DNA of 64,000 nucleotides from Candidatus Aminicenantes bacterium (GCA_963732485.1 CAVSZS010000005.1:218685-282684), one strand, 5' to 3'. Positions 1-9,215 are shown, counted from the stretch's first letter. Made by a program: numbers and translations. Notes: generated from the sequence alone by a model not told the origin.

Positions 1-1022
1 TTTTCCTGCCGCTGCTCTGTGGCCCGGAGATCGCCGTCGCGGCCACCAAGTCCTTCAGCGCCCAGCTGGCCCTGTTCTACCTGCTGGCCGCCGGCCTGGA
101 CAGCGGGGCGCAGCCGCCGCAGCACAAGCTGGAGAAGATCCAGCGCCTCGTCGCCCGCACGCTGCAGGCCTGCGATGAGGACGCCACCGAGGTCATGCTC
201 AAGTTCTTCCTCAAACCATCCATCCATATTCTGGGCACGTCGCTGATCGGGCTGGCCCGCGAGGGGGCGCTGAAGATCCGTGAAGTGGTGCTGAACCACG
301 CCGAGGGCTACGATGCCGCCGAATTCAAGCACGGGCCGAACACCATCCTGGGCAAGAACACCCTGTACTCGTTCATGGACATGGAAAACCTCCTGTCCGA
401 TATGGCCGAGTTCTGCCGCGAGCAGTTCAGCGCCGGCGGCTTCAAGGCCGCAGGGGGCGACGAGGCCGCCAGCCGTTTTTTCAACCGCGTGCGCGACTTC
501 AAATTCGCTGATTTCAGCGCCGGGTCCCTGGACGACCCGTTGCCGGGCGCGGGCGCTGCCAATGGCGAAGATTCCCGGCCGCAGGAGCTGCAGCGCCGCT
601 TCCGCGAGCAGGTGAACGCCGAAAAGTATTTTTCCAATTATCCGCTGATCTTCGTCTGTCCGCCGGACGAGCGCGACGTACGCATCACCATCTCGCAGAT
701 TCATACGCACAAGATCCGCGGCGCCGATGTCGTGCTGATCGCCGAGGACAACGCGGAACTGGCCAAGGCGCTGGAAGGGAAACCGGCGCTGAAGGTTCTT
801 GGCGGAGGGACAGGCGCGGACGATTATTTCTGCAAGTACATCCGCGTGCCCTCGAGCGGCGACGCCAACATGTTCGTCTTCCAGGCGGCCGTCGTGCTGC
901 AGCTGCTGGCGCTCAAGATGTCGGTAGCCAAGATGAAATACCTGAACCGCGCCCATATCGAGAACCACGGCGTTCATCCCGACGTGCCCAAGAACGTCTC
1001 CAAGTCCATTACCGTGGATTGA
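1..1022 (+). CDS. glmS: Glutamine--fructose-6-phosphate aminotransferase (GlmS), C-terminal SIS domains, 5'-partial; carries a ~95-aa insertion
   Basis: The frame starting at nt 3 reads through from the window edge (FLPLLCGPEIAVAATKSFSAQLALFY...). It has the SIS motif VAATKSF, the EFKHGP motif and a C-terminus ...PKNVSKSITVD matching the GlmS end (..NLAKSVTVE in E. coli). An extra Gly/Ala-rich segment lies between EFKHGP and LIFVCPPDE. Confidence 0.7.
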   Translation, partial: FLPLLCGPEIAVAATKSFSAQLALFYLLAAGLDSGAQPPQHKLEKIQRLVARTLQACDEDATEVMLKFFLKPSIHILGTSLIGLAREGALKIREVVLNHAEGYDAAEFKHGPNTILGKNTLYSFMDMENLLSDMAEFCREQFSAGGFKAAGGDEAASRFFNRVRDFKFADFSAGSLDDPLPGAGAANGEDSRPQELQRRFREQVNAEKYFSNYPLIFVCPPDERDVRITISQIHTHKIRGADVVLIAEDNAELAKALEGKPALKVLGGGTGADDYFCKYIRVPSSGDANMFVFQAAVVLQLLALKMSVAKMKYLNRAHIENHGVHPDVPKNVSKSITVD

Positions 1023-1068
1023 GGCGCCGCATCCTTCCCCGGGGCCAGCGGCTGGCGCCGGCGGGTTC

Positions 1069-2523
1069 CTAGAACCTGAGATAGATGAAGGGGTTGCCGG
1101 GAAGGGACATCACGGCCAGGAGGCTGACGGCGAGAACCGCCGCCAAAGAGGCAAGCGCCAGCAGCCGCCAGCCCTGCCGCAGCCAACCGCTCCGGGCTCC
1201 GGCCAGGCGCTTTTCGATCCTGGCCTGCAGCACGGGCAGCATGGAGAACGCGACGGCCAGTCCCGCGGCCAGGGCGAGCAGGAAACGGCTGTCGAGGTGC
1301 AGGAGCGGGGGGGGTCCCCCGCCGGCGCTGGCGCTGGCCCCCAGCATGGACCGCCAGAACCCGGCCGCCTGCGAGAAATCGGCGCTGCGGAACAACACCC
1401 AGCCGAAACCCGCCACCAGAAGGACATAGGCGGTCTGCAGCGGCGGCCACAGGCTCTGCAGATGCTTTTTCAGGGCCTGGCGCTCCAGCATGATGAAGAT
1501 GCCGTGATACACCCCCCAGGCGATGAAGGTCCAGGCGGCGCCGTGCCAGAGGCCGCACAGGAACATGGTCAGCAGCATGGACGGGTAGTAGCACCAGGAA
1601 TCGACGCGGATGCCAAGCCAGCGGTCACCCTTGATGCGGCGCGAGATGGCGTAGGCAACGGGCAGGAAAACGAAATCGCGCAGCCAGGAGGAAAGCGAAA
1701 TATGCCAGCGGTTCCAGAAATCGGTGATCGACCTGGAAAGGTAGGGAGTTTTGAAATTCTCCATGAACGTAAAGCCGAACATGCGGCCCAGCCCGATGGC
1801 GATGTCGGAATATCCCGAGAAGTCGAGAAATATCTGCAGCGTATAGCCGGCTGCTCCCAGCCAGGCGAGGGGCGGCGTCAGTCCCGGGGCGGGGATGGCG
1901 AAGATGGCGTCGACGGTTCCGGCCAGGGTGTCGGCCAGCAGCACTTTCTTGCCCAGGCCGATGATGATGCGGCGCAGCCCCTGGAAAACTTGGGCCCGGG
2001 TGACCCGGCGCTCGGAGAGCTGCGGGCGCAGGCGCGAGTAGCGGTTGATTGGGCCGGCCAGAACGGTGGGAAAAAATGAAATGAACAAGGCCGTATGGAC
2101 GATGTTGCCTTCGGCCGGGACGGCGCGATTGTATACTTCGATCAGATAGGCCATGGCCATGAACGTGAAGAAAGAGATGCCCAGGGGCAGGCGCCAGACG
2201 GGGAGGGCGCTGTCGGCCATGCCGGCGGCGATGGCATGGCCATACTTGCAGGCGGCCAGCAGAGAGAGGTTCAGGCCCAGGGCGGCGACCAGCACGGCTC
2301 TCCGTTTTCCCTGCGCTTCGGCCCGATCGATCCCCAGGGCCAGGAAATGGTTGGCGAGCGCGGAGCCCAGGAGGAGCAGCACCAGCCAGCCCTCACCCCA
2401 GGCGTAAAACACCAGGCTGGCCAGGAGCAGGAATGCGTTCCGGGGCTCTTTTTTCAGGAACAGGGAGACCAGCAGCACGGGCGGCAGGAAAAAAAACAGA
2501 AAAGCCGGTGATGGGAGGGTCAT
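1069..2523 (-). CDS. MBOAT family membrane-bound O-acyltransferase (AlgI/DltB-like)
   Basis: 484 aa, multi-pass membrane protein with a conserved His (WHISLSSWLRDFVF...) and overall AlgI/DltB-like layout. Confidence 0.85.
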   Translation of the reverse strand: MTLPSPAFLFFFLPPVLLVSLFLKKEPRNAFLLLASLVFYAWGEGWLVLLLLGSALANHFLALGIDRAEAQGKRRAVLVAALGLNLSLLAACKYGHAIAAGMADSALPVWRLPLGISFFTFMAMAYLIEVYNRAVPAEGNIVHTALFISFFPTVLAGPINRYSRLRPQLSERRVTRAQVFQGLRRIIIGLGKKVLLADTLAGTVDAIFAIPAPGLTPPLAWLGAAGYTLQIFLDFSGYSDIAIGLGRMFGFTFMENFKTPYLSRSITDFWNRWHISLSSWLRDFVFLPVAYAISRRIKGDRWLGIRVDSWCYYPSMLLTMFLCGLWHGAAWTFIAWGVYHGIFIMLERQALKKHLQSLWPPLQTAYVLLVAGFGWVLFRSADFSQAAGFWRSMLGASASAGGGPPPLLHLDSRFLLALAAGLAVAFSMLPVLQARIEKRLAGARSGWLRQGWRLLALASLAAVLAVSLLAVMSLPGNPFIYLRF

Positions 2524-2596
2524 GGCGTTTTCTCGCGATCGAGTCGCCTATTATAACACAAATTATTCTGGGGCGTCCTTGCGCCCGGGAGCGGGC

Positions 2597-3052
2597 CTAG
2601 CGCAAGGTGAAACCCAGCCCCCACGCCGGGGCGGCCCCGGCCGCAGTTGCGCGGACCCGTACGTCGAATTGATAGCCGAAACGGGCCCCGATCTTTTTGA
2701 AACGCGGCCGGTCCAGCGCCAGCTTTTCCAGCGATCCCGGGGCCAGGGTCCTGCCGGCCGTCGACACGTCGAAGAGGGAGACGGTCGCTTGCAGCGCTTC
2801 ACGCCCCGAGCGGTTTTCCAGGCGGAACTCGATGCCTTTCAGCGCCAGCAGCGTTTCGATGCGCAGGCGACAGTTCCCGGCCGTGCCGGACCAGAAGGCA
2901 GGATCGCTGCCGTCGCTTGGCACGGGTTCGAAAACCACGCGGACGGGCGTGTCGCGGGGCCCGGTTAAAAGCCGCGCCTCAGCGCGGTTCAGTCTGGGGA
3001 ACAGGCTGGCCAGGGAGAAAATGCCGAGGAAAACGAGCGCCGTAACGAGGCC
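2597..3052 (-). CDS. Periplasmic-domain ORF lacking its own start; probable frameshifted 3' continuation of the upstream membrane protein
   Basis: The 2597..3244 ORF has a junk-like N-terminal part that overlaps the end of the 2979..5054 ORF in another frame. From PGLVTALVFLGIFSLASLF (TM helix) onward it looks protein-like (RVVFEPVPSDGSD..., FGYQFDVRV). No in-frame ATG lies in the credible part. Confidence 0.3.
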   Translation of the reverse strand, partial: GLVTALVFLGIFSLASLFPRLNRAEARLLTGPRDTPVRVVFEPVPSDGSDPAFWSGTAGNCRLRIETLLALKGIEFRLENRSGREALQATVSLFDVSTAGRTLAPGSLEKLALDRPRFKKIGARFGYQFDVRVRATAAGAAPAWGLGFTLR

Positions 3053-4847
3053 GGGCCGGCGCGGGAGGGGCGCGCAAGGCTCGCGGGCGCCAGGGGAGCA
3101 GCGCCAGCACGACCAGCAGCAGGAAGGCCGCCAGGAATATCGTGTTGGGCAGGTAACCCTGGTTGTCGACCTTGATATAGGAGGGCAGCAGCGCCGGCAG
3201 GTGGATGCGGCTGTTGCTCCATTCCTGGAACAAGCGGCCGGCACGGATCAGGGTATCGTGGGTGGTCGGCTGGTAGAGGGTGAAGGGCGCCAGCGCCTGA
3301 TAGGCGGTGACGAAGAGCGGGTACAGGGGAAGGATGAGCACGGCCCTGCGCATGGACCGATTGCGGCTTTCGCGGTAATAGATCACGGCGAACATCATCA
3401 GGGCCCAGGCCGCAGGCGCCAGGTAGCGTCCCTGGGGGCAATAGCCGGCGCGGATGGTGGAGAAGGCGTGGTTGAGGATGAACAACCCGGCCGGCAGGGC
3501 AACGAGCAGGTGCAAGCGGTAGCGCCGGAAATTCTTCAGGGCCAGCAGCAGCCCGGGAAAGGCGAAGAAGTAAAAAGGATTGTACGGCAGCAATCCGTCA
3601 CGCTGGTCAAAGAAATAATCGAGCAGGGTCTCCCAGCGCGCCTGCAGCGGGATCTTTCTCAAAATGGTATCGACGAGCGCCTGCGACTGTTCGGGATTGA
3701 GCATGCCATAATAGATGGAGTTGGGGGAGAAACTGCCGTAGGCCGTGTACAGGTACAAGAAGAAGAGGGCCTGAAAGAGCAGCGGAAAGACAAGCAGCAG
3801 CAGGGCCCGGCGAAACTGCTTTCTCCACAGCCAATAGCCGCAAAAGCCAATGGTGATCGGGTAAATGAAGAGGGCGTACTTGACTCCCCAGAATATGGAA
3901 CTGCCCAGCAGCAGGCCGGCCCAGAGGCAGCGGCTGTCCTGGCGGCGGCATTTGAAAAGCAGGATATAGAGGGCGCCAAGCACCAGCAGCATGGCCTGGA
4001 CCTCGGGGAAAATATGGAAGGAGTAGAAAAAGACCGGGGCGCCCAGGCTGAAGACCAGCGTGGCGAAAAAGGCCAGGCTGCGCGAACGCCAGAGCCGCAA
4101 GCCGAACAGGTAGGCCAGCACGGCCAGCAGGGCGCCGAACAGCCCCAGGTAGGCGCGGAGCAGAAAATAGAGCAGCGGCGGCGATAGTTTGAAAAAAAAG
4201 AAAGGGGCCACGGTCAGCGCCGCGCCGGGCAGGTGGTAGGAATAGATCTTCTTGTAGCCCTTGCCCCAGGTGCCGTGGGCGGGGAGCTTCCTGACGTCGA
4301 GAAATTCCTTGTAGCCGTCGCGGTAATACTGGTTGAAGACGTTGAGGTCTCCGTCGCGGGCCAGGGACTGGCCGATGGCCAGGTAATGCGGCTCGTCGCC
4401 CACCAGGGCCACTCCCCGCTGCGTCAGCAGGGCGGCGGCCAGGACGAACAGCAGTTCCGCGCCCAGGAAAATGGCCAGCATCCTTTTTTTCAGGGACAGG
4501 GCATTGAAACGGCGCAGGAATTTCAGCGGCCAGCGCCGCTCCCGGGCCAGGATGTACAGGGCGAAGATCGCCGCCAGCAGCGACAGGTTGCGGATGCGCA
4601 AGGAGAGGTCGAGGCGATCCCAGTAGAACAGGCGCAGCGGCCAGGCCAGCAGGCCAGCGGCAAAGGGAACGAAACAGGCCCGGCAGGAGAATGCCGGCGA
4701 CGGCAGCGCCCGCCGGCGGATGGTGAACAAAAAAAGCAGGAGCAACGGCAGCAGCCAGGGGGCCCCGGCGGGGCGCAAGGCGATCAGCGAGGCGAAGCCG
4801 GCCAGGATGGCCAGGTCGATGACCGGGGAAAGCTGTTCTTGCCGCAT
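2979..4847 (-). CDS. Polytopic membrane protein, possible GT-C fold glycosyltransferase (ArnT/PMT-like)
   Basis: More than 12 predicted TM helices. A loop motif VGDEPHYLAIGQSLARDGDLNVF resembles the DE-containing first periplasmic loop of GT39/GT83 enzymes. The upstream part of the 691-aa ORF overlaps the neighbouring gene, so the start is placed at the MRQEQLSPV Met. The C-terminal 40 aa are low complexity, so the true end may lie in the 2597 frame. Confidence 0.4.
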   Translation of the reverse strand: MRQEQLSPVIDLAILAGFASLIALRPAGAPWLLPLLLLFLFTIRRRALPSPAFSCRACFVPFAAGLLAWPLRLFYWDRLDLSLRIRNLSLLAAIFALYILARERRWPLKFLRRFNALSLKKRMLAIFLGAELLFVLAAALLTQRGVALVGDEPHYLAIGQSLARDGDLNVFNQYYRDGYKEFLDVRKLPAHGTWGKGYKKIYSYHLPGAALTVAPFFFFKLSPPLLYFLLRAYLGLFGALLAVLAYLFGLRLWRSRSLAFFATLVFSLGAPVFFYSFHIFPEVQAMLLVLGALYILLFKCRRQDSRCLWAGLLLGSSIFWGVKYALFIYPITIGFCGYWLWRKQFRRALLLLVFPLLFQALFFLYLYTAYGSFSPNSIYYGMLNPEQSQALVDTILRKIPLQARWETLLDYFFDQRDGLLPYNPFYFFAFPGLLLALKNFRRYRLHLLVALPAGLFILNHAFSTIRAGYCPQGRYLAPAAWALMMFAVIYYRESRNRSMRRAVLILPLYPLFVTAYQALAPFTLYQPTTHDTLIRAGRLFQEWSNSRIHLPALLPSYIKVDNQGYLPNTIFLAAFLLLVVLALLPWRPRALRAPPAPARPRYGARFPRHFLPGQPVPQTEPR

Positions 4848-4861
4848 GGGACGGCCGGGCC

Positions 4862-6832
4862 TCAGATGAGCCTTTCCTCGATGGCCTGGGCCAGGTCGAT
4901 GGTCTTCATCCCCTCGCGGCCGGTCTCGGCGATGGCGTCGTGGAACATGATGGAGCAGAAGGGGCATGAGGTGACGACGGTGTCGGCCCCGGTTTTCTCC
5001 GCCTGCTCCAGCCGGCAATGGCTGATGCGCTTGCCGCTCTTTTCCTCTTTCCACATGCCGCCGCCGCCGGCGCCGCAGCAGAAGCTGGTCTTCCTGTTGG
5101 CCGCCATCTCCCGGGGGCGCGATCCGCTCAGGCTGCGCAGGACCTGGCGCGGCTGCTCATAGACCTGGTTGTAGCGGCCGAGGTAGCAGGGGTCGTGGTA
5201 GGTGAGCGGCGCTCCCGCAAGCGGGGCGACGCGGATGCGGCCCTGGGCCAGGAGCTCGTGCAGCAGCTCGCTGTGGTGCAGCACGGTGTAGACGCCGCCC
5301 AGCGCGGGATATTCGTTCTTCAGCACGTGGCAGCCGTGCGGGCAGGCGCTGACGATCCTTTTGAACTTGTAGCGGCCCAGCGTTTCGATGTTCTGCCGCG
5401 CCTGCATCTGGAAGAGGTATTCCATGCCGCTGCGCCGCGCCGGGTCGCCGCAGCATCCTTCCTCGTTGCCGAGGATGGCGAAATCGCAGCCGGCGCGCTG
5501 CAGGATCTTCACCAGCGAGCGGCTGATCTTTTGCGAGTGCTGGTCGTAGGAGCCGGCGCAGCCCACCCAGAGCAGGATGTCGGTCTCGCCCTTGTCGGCC
5601 AGCAGCGGCACCTGCAGGTCCTTGGCCCAGTCGCCGCGCGTGTCGGCGTTCAAGCCCCAGGGATTGCCCTGGTTCTCCAGGCCGCGGTACAGGGCCTGGA
5701 ATTCCTCGGGGAACCTGGATTCCATCAGCACCCCGTACTGGCGCATGCCCATGATCTTGGCGATGTGCTCGTTGAGCATCGGACAGACCTCCATGCAGGC
5801 GCCGCAGGTGGTGCAGTCCCATACCTCTTCCTCGCTCACCACTTCGCCGAGAAGCTTTTTGAGGCCAACCGGGTCGTTGCGCAGCTGGCTTTCCGAATCC
5901 AGCAGGTGGTGCTTCAGCTTGTCCAGCAGGGACTTGGGCGACAGGGCCTTGCCCGACTGGAAGGCCGGGCAGACATCGTCGCAGCGCCCGCACTCGGCGC
6001 AGGAGAAGAGGTCGAGCAGGTCCTTGCGCGTCAGGTCGGTCAGCTGCGGGGTGCCGAACTTCTCCTGCTCCTCCAGGTTGACCAAGGGGATCTCGGCCTT
6101 GACGCCCAGGTTCTTGAACCACAGGTTGAGCGGGCCGGCCAGAAGATGCAGATGCTTGGAATACATAATGAAGACGCCGAAGGCCATGATGACCAGGATG
6201 TGCAGCCACCAGAGTGACTTCAGCCAGAAGCGGACGGCAACCGCGGAGATGGCGGAAGCCGGCGGCAGCAGAAGGGCCGATGCCCAGTTGGCCAGGAAAT
6301 CGCCCCGAATCGCCCCCAGGGAATAGGCCTTGAACGCTTCATAGAAAATGAAGCTGACCATGAGGATGAGGATGAAACTCAGCACGGTCAGTGACTGCCA
6401 GGAGGGGCGCTCCAGGCTTTTGACGCGGACGATGTAGCGACGCACAAAGAAATAGAACACGGCCAGGATGATCAGCGCGGCGAACAGATTGGCCGCGAAA
6501 AGCAGCAGTGAGTTGAGCGTGCCGTGGCCGAACAGGCTGAAGCCGTCGACGAATCCCTCGGCGACGTGGTTGAGGGTGACCCCCATGAAAACCAGGAAAC
6601 CCCAGAAAATGAAGCCGTGAAAAAATCCGGTGACCGGCCTTTGCGCAATGACCGGGGTCTGCAGGAACACGCGATAGACCATTTCCCACAAGCGCCGCAG
6701 CGGGCGATCGCAGCGGGCGACCTTTTGTCCGCAGGAAATCAGGCGGTATTTCCTGAGGAATTCTTTACCTGCCAGGCCCAGGGCCAGGGCGGCGGCGGCG
6801 ACAAAAAGGATCTTCTCGATGATCGAAAGCAT
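4862..6832 (-). CDS. Membrane-bound Fe-S oxidoreductase: NarI/HdrE-like cytochrome-b membrane domain fused to an HdrD/DsrK/GlpC-like subunit with two ferredoxin motifs and two CCG domains
   Basis: The N-terminus has about 5 TM helices with conserved His. Two ferredoxin motifs are present (CAECGRCDDVCP and CTTCGACMEVCP), plus two Cys-rich CCG domains (CAGSYD..CCGDP; CPHGCH..DPCYLGR..CCGAGGGG). Confidence 0.65.
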   Translation of the reverse strand: MLSIIEKILFVAAAALALGLAGKEFLRKYRLISCGQKVARCDRPLRRLWEMVYRVFLQTPVIAQRPVTGFFHGFIFWGFLVFMGVTLNHVAEGFVDGFSLFGHGTLNSLLLFAANLFAALIILAVFYFFVRRYIVRVKSLERPSWQSLTVLSFILILMVSFIFYEAFKAYSLGAIRGDFLANWASALLLPPASAISAVAVRFWLKSLWWLHILVIMAFGVFIMYSKHLHLLAGPLNLWFKNLGVKAEIPLVNLEEQEKFGTPQLTDLTRKDLLDLFSCAECGRCDDVCPAFQSGKALSPKSLLDKLKHHLLDSESQLRNDPVGLKKLLGEVVSEEEVWDCTTCGACMEVCPMLNEHIAKIMGMRQYGVLMESRFPEEFQALYRGLENQGNPWGLNADTRGDWAKDLQVPLLADKGETDILLWVGCAGSYDQHSQKISRSLVKILQRAGCDFAILGNEEGCCGDPARRSGMEYLFQMQARQNIETLGRYKFKRIVSACPHGCHVLKNEYPALGGVYTVLHHSELLHELLAQGRIRVAPLAGAPLTYHDPCYLGRYNQVYEQPRQVLRSLSGSRPREMAANRKTSFCCGAGGGGMWKEEKSGKRISHCRLEQAEKTGADTVVTSCPFCSIMFHDAIAETGREGMKTIDLAQAIEERLI

Positions 6833-6901
6833 GGCGGCCTCCTCGTAAGCGCTTGCTATTTTCGTGGTCCCCGTGGTTTCTGGCGGCGGGGGCCGGCATG
6901 G

Positions 6902-7477
6902 TCACTCGTCCTTCAGCCAGGCGAAATCGGGAAAAAACGGCCTTTCCAGGTCGAGATGGCCGGCCAGGGTCTTGCTTTCATTGCCGCCGATGAGGAACTT
7001 CACTTTCTTGATCTCGCGGAAATTGTAGCAGATATTATCGACTATGAAATAAATGAATTCCAGCTCCGCCGAAGTGCCGCCGGGAAAGGCGCTGGCCAGG
7101 GGCTCGGTAAAATCCAGCAGCAACATCTCGCGGGCTCCCAGGTAATGCAGGCTGCGCAACTGCACGCCGCCCGGCACCGGGGTGATATGGCCCGTGTCGC
7201 CGGCCAGCAGCAGGGCGATGAATTTTTTGTACAGCTCCTCGCGGATCTCGGGGACCTCGATCTCGCGGTAGACCGGCTGCAGGTACTGCGATGTTTCGCT
7301 GAGGAAGAAAAGCTTCACCTTGATGAACTCGGCGATGCCGCCGCCCTTGTCGACCTCGCGGTTCAGCAGCTCGGGCTCGAAGCCGGCCGGCTTTTTGCGC
7401 AGCAGCAGGACGGCGATCAGCAGGACTGCCAGCGTGGCGGCCGCGAGCACCAGGATCGTGCGCGTTTTCTTGGTCAT
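6902..7477 (-). CDS. GerMN domain-containing protein (membrane-anchored)
   Basis: 191 aa with an N-terminal TM anchor and GerMN-like sequence features. Its stop overlaps the amiC start (ATGA), which is a common amiC-gerM arrangement. Confidence 0.5.
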   Translation of the reverse strand: MTKKTRTILVLAAATLAVLLIAVLLLRKKPAGFEPELLNREVDKGGGIAEFIKVKLFFLSETSQYLQPVYREIEVPEIREELYKKFIALLLAGDTGHITPVPGGVQLRSLHYLGAREMLLLDFTEPLASAFPGGTSAELEFIYFIVDNICYNFREIKKVKFLIGGNESKTLAGHLDLERPFFPDFAWLKDE

Positions 7478-8628
7478 TTCAGGAGGCTATTGTAATAATA
7501 GATGAACTTGCTGATGCCGTTGTAAATGGCCATGGCGACCTTGTCCAGGAAATCCTCGTTCTGCAGTTTCTTCTCTTCACTGGCATTGGAGATGAAGACG
7601 GCCTCGATAAGGACGGCGGGCATGGCGGTGCGCATCAGCACCCGGAAGGGAGCCTGCTTGACGCCGCGGTCGCGCGTGCCCAGAAGCTCGTTCAGCTCAT
7701 TCTGGATGTATTCGGCCAGCTTGCTCGACTCGCGGATATGCTCGGTTTGGGCCATGTTCCAGAGAATCATCTTCAACTCGTCGTTCTGGATGGCCTCGCC
7801 CGGATCCTCCTTGTTCTGGTTCTCCTTCTGCGCCAGCTCCAGCGCTTCCGGGTCGGTGGCCTGCAGACTGACGAAAAAGGTCTCCGAGCCGTATGCCGAC
7901 TTGCGGAAGGAAGAGTTGACATGGATGGAAACGAACATCTGCGCCAGCTGGTTGTTGGCGATGGAAGCCCGGGTATTGAGCGAGACCTCGCTGTCCTTGT
8001 CGCGGGTCATGATGACGCGCAGGCCGGTCTTGGACTCGATCAGCTTCTTCAGCTTCAGGCTGATCTTCAGGGTGACGTTCTTTTCCTGCAGTTTGGAGCG
8101 GCCTACGGCTCCCAGGTCCTCCCCGCCGTGGCCGGGATCGATGCAGATCGTCTCGATGGGCTTGGGCTTTGTCACCGGCTGCGGTTCTTCCCGGACAGGA
8201 GGCGGAATTTTTTCGTCAACCGCCGGGACGGGGGGAGGCGGAGCCGGCGCCTTTGCGCTTTTGACCAGGTCGAACACCACGCGGAACGGTTTTTCCAGGA
8301 CAAAGTTCTTGCGCACCGCCGCCGCTCCCTTGTAGTGGACGGTGAGCACGCTTTCGTTGCCCTGGTACTCGCAGGTCACCCGCTCCAGCAGCTGCGAGTT
8401 GGGCACGGCGAGCGACGGCGTGCGGAATTCGGCGCGGCCGGCCAGGCGCATTTCCAGCCGGTCGGGACGGTCCTGCACCTTGTAGGTGAAGGAGCGGTCG
8501 GATTCGAAGACGATGCGCGTGTATCCATCGTGGTCAAACGAGCGGAAATCGATCCCGAGAGAGATGAGGAGCAGGGGAGCGACCAGGATGGCTACGGAAA
8601 ATATGCCGGCCTTTATGCTTTTTTTCAT
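7474..8628 (-). CDS. N-acetylmuramoyl-L-alanine amidase with N-terminal AMIN domain (AmiC-like)
   Basis: Signal peptide, AMIN domain, Pro-rich linker (PAPPPPVPAVDEKIPPPV), and an Amidase_3 catalytic domain (ICIDPGHGGEDLGA..., SIHVNS, ETFF). Confidence 0.85.
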   Translation of the reverse strand: MKKSIKAGIFSVAILVAPLLLISLGIDFRSFDHDGYTRIVFESDRSFTYKVQDRPDRLEMRLAGRAEFRTPSLAVPNSQLLERVTCEYQGNESVLTVHYKGAAAVRKNFVLEKPFRVVFDLVKSAKAPAPPPPVPAVDEKIPPPVREEPQPVTKPKPIETICIDPGHGGEDLGAVGRSKLQEKNVTLKISLKLKKLIESKTGLRVIMTRDKDSEVSLNTRASIANNQLAQMFVSIHVNSSFRKSAYGSETFFVSLQATDPEALELAQKENQNKEDPGEAIQNDELKMILWNMAQTEHIRESSKLAEYIQNELNELLGTRDRGVKQAPFRVLMRTAMPAVLIEAVFISNASEEKKLQNEDFLDKVAMAIYNGISKFIYYYNSLLK

Positions 8629-8649
8629 GGGGCTGGTTTGAAAGGCAAG

Positions 8650-8992
8650 TGGAGGCGGCGGGAATCGAACCCGCGTCCAATTAAGAGTCCATTAGAGATT
8701 CTACGGAAGTAGTTTGTTTTCAGTACGCCTGGCGGCCGTTAAAACAAACAAAATGAACCGCCTGCGGCCCTCTTTAAGTTTCGCTTCGCAGGACAGGAGG
8801 CGCTCCCTGCGACGCTAGCCCGCTAAGTGACGCCCTGGCCCTCCCGCGGGCGGGGAAAACCAGGACGGCAACGTATTATTTACGCTGCGAGTGCAAAGTT
8901 GTTTGCGGTTATTTTTTTGAGCAGTTTTGTGAGCTACTCGGCTCAGTCCGCCTCTCTAACTTCGTCAAAACTGTCGAAACCTTTACGCCCCC
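8650..8992 (-). ncRNA. ssrA: tmRNA (SsrA)
   Basis: On the minus strand the 5' end is GGGGGCGUAAAGGUUUCGACAG, the tmRNA consensus. The 3' end has a T-arm GGGUUCGAUUCC and an acceptor strand CGCCUCC-A that gives a G3:U70 pair (Ala identity). CCA is not encoded. An internal tag reading frame GCA AAC AAC UUU GCA CUC GCA GCG UAA at 8906..8880 encodes the tag (A)ANNFALAA. Confidence 0.85.
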
Positions 8993-9003
8993 AGCCTGGG
9001 GAA

Positions 9004-9080
9004 TGGCGGGGCCGACGAGACTCGAACTCGCGACCTCATGCGTGACAGGCATGCGTTCTAACCAACTGAACTACGACCCC
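9004..9080 (-). tRNA. tRNA-Asp (GTC)
   Basis: Minus-strand sequence GGGGTCGTAGTTCAGTTGGTTAGAACGCATGCCTGTCACGCATGAGGTCGCGAGTTCGAGTCTCGTCGGCCCCGCCA folds as a cloverleaf with anticodon GTC and an encoded CCA. Confidence 0.9.
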
Positions 9081-9099
9081 GCGCCATGTATGCAAAGCC

Positions 9100-9172
9100 T
9101 GGGCGGTAGAGGGCTTGAACCTCTGACACCCGGCGTGTAAAACCGATGCTCTACCAGCTGAGCTAACCGCCC
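9100..9172 (-). tRNA. tRNA-Val (TAC)
   Basis: Minus-strand sequence GGGCGGTTAGCTCAGCTGGTAGAGCATCGGTTTTACACGCCGGGTGTCAGAGGTTCAAGCCCTCTACCGCCCA folds as a cloverleaf with anticodon TAC. CCA is not encoded. Confidence 0.9.
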
Positions 9173-9215
9173 AACCCAAAGACTATTTATATAATAAAAT
9201 CGCCCATATGTCAAG

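Noticed and set aside
2979-5054. Full 691-aa ORF as annotated from the first ATG
   Set aside because: The first ~65 codons overlap the 3' end of the HdrD-like gene and are Arg/His-rich junk. The start is more plausibly the Met at ~4847.
5018-6217. 399-aa plus-strand ORF and other long antisense ORFs (15092..16660, 25275..26678, 35433..36944, 37898..39253, 11769..13418)
   Set aside because: Each is antisense to a gene with clear family motifs and shows Ala/Arg/Gly/Pro-rich composition expected from the reverse complement of GC-rich coding DNA.
7738-8712. 324-aa plus-strand ORF
   Set aside because: It is antisense to amiC, runs into the tmRNA 3' end, has GC-skewed low-complexity composition (Leu/Arg/Gly rich) and no recognisable motifs. 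It is a typical high-GC antisense artefact.
8827-9045. 72-aa ORF
   Set aside because: It lies inside the tmRNA and overlaps tRNA-Asp.
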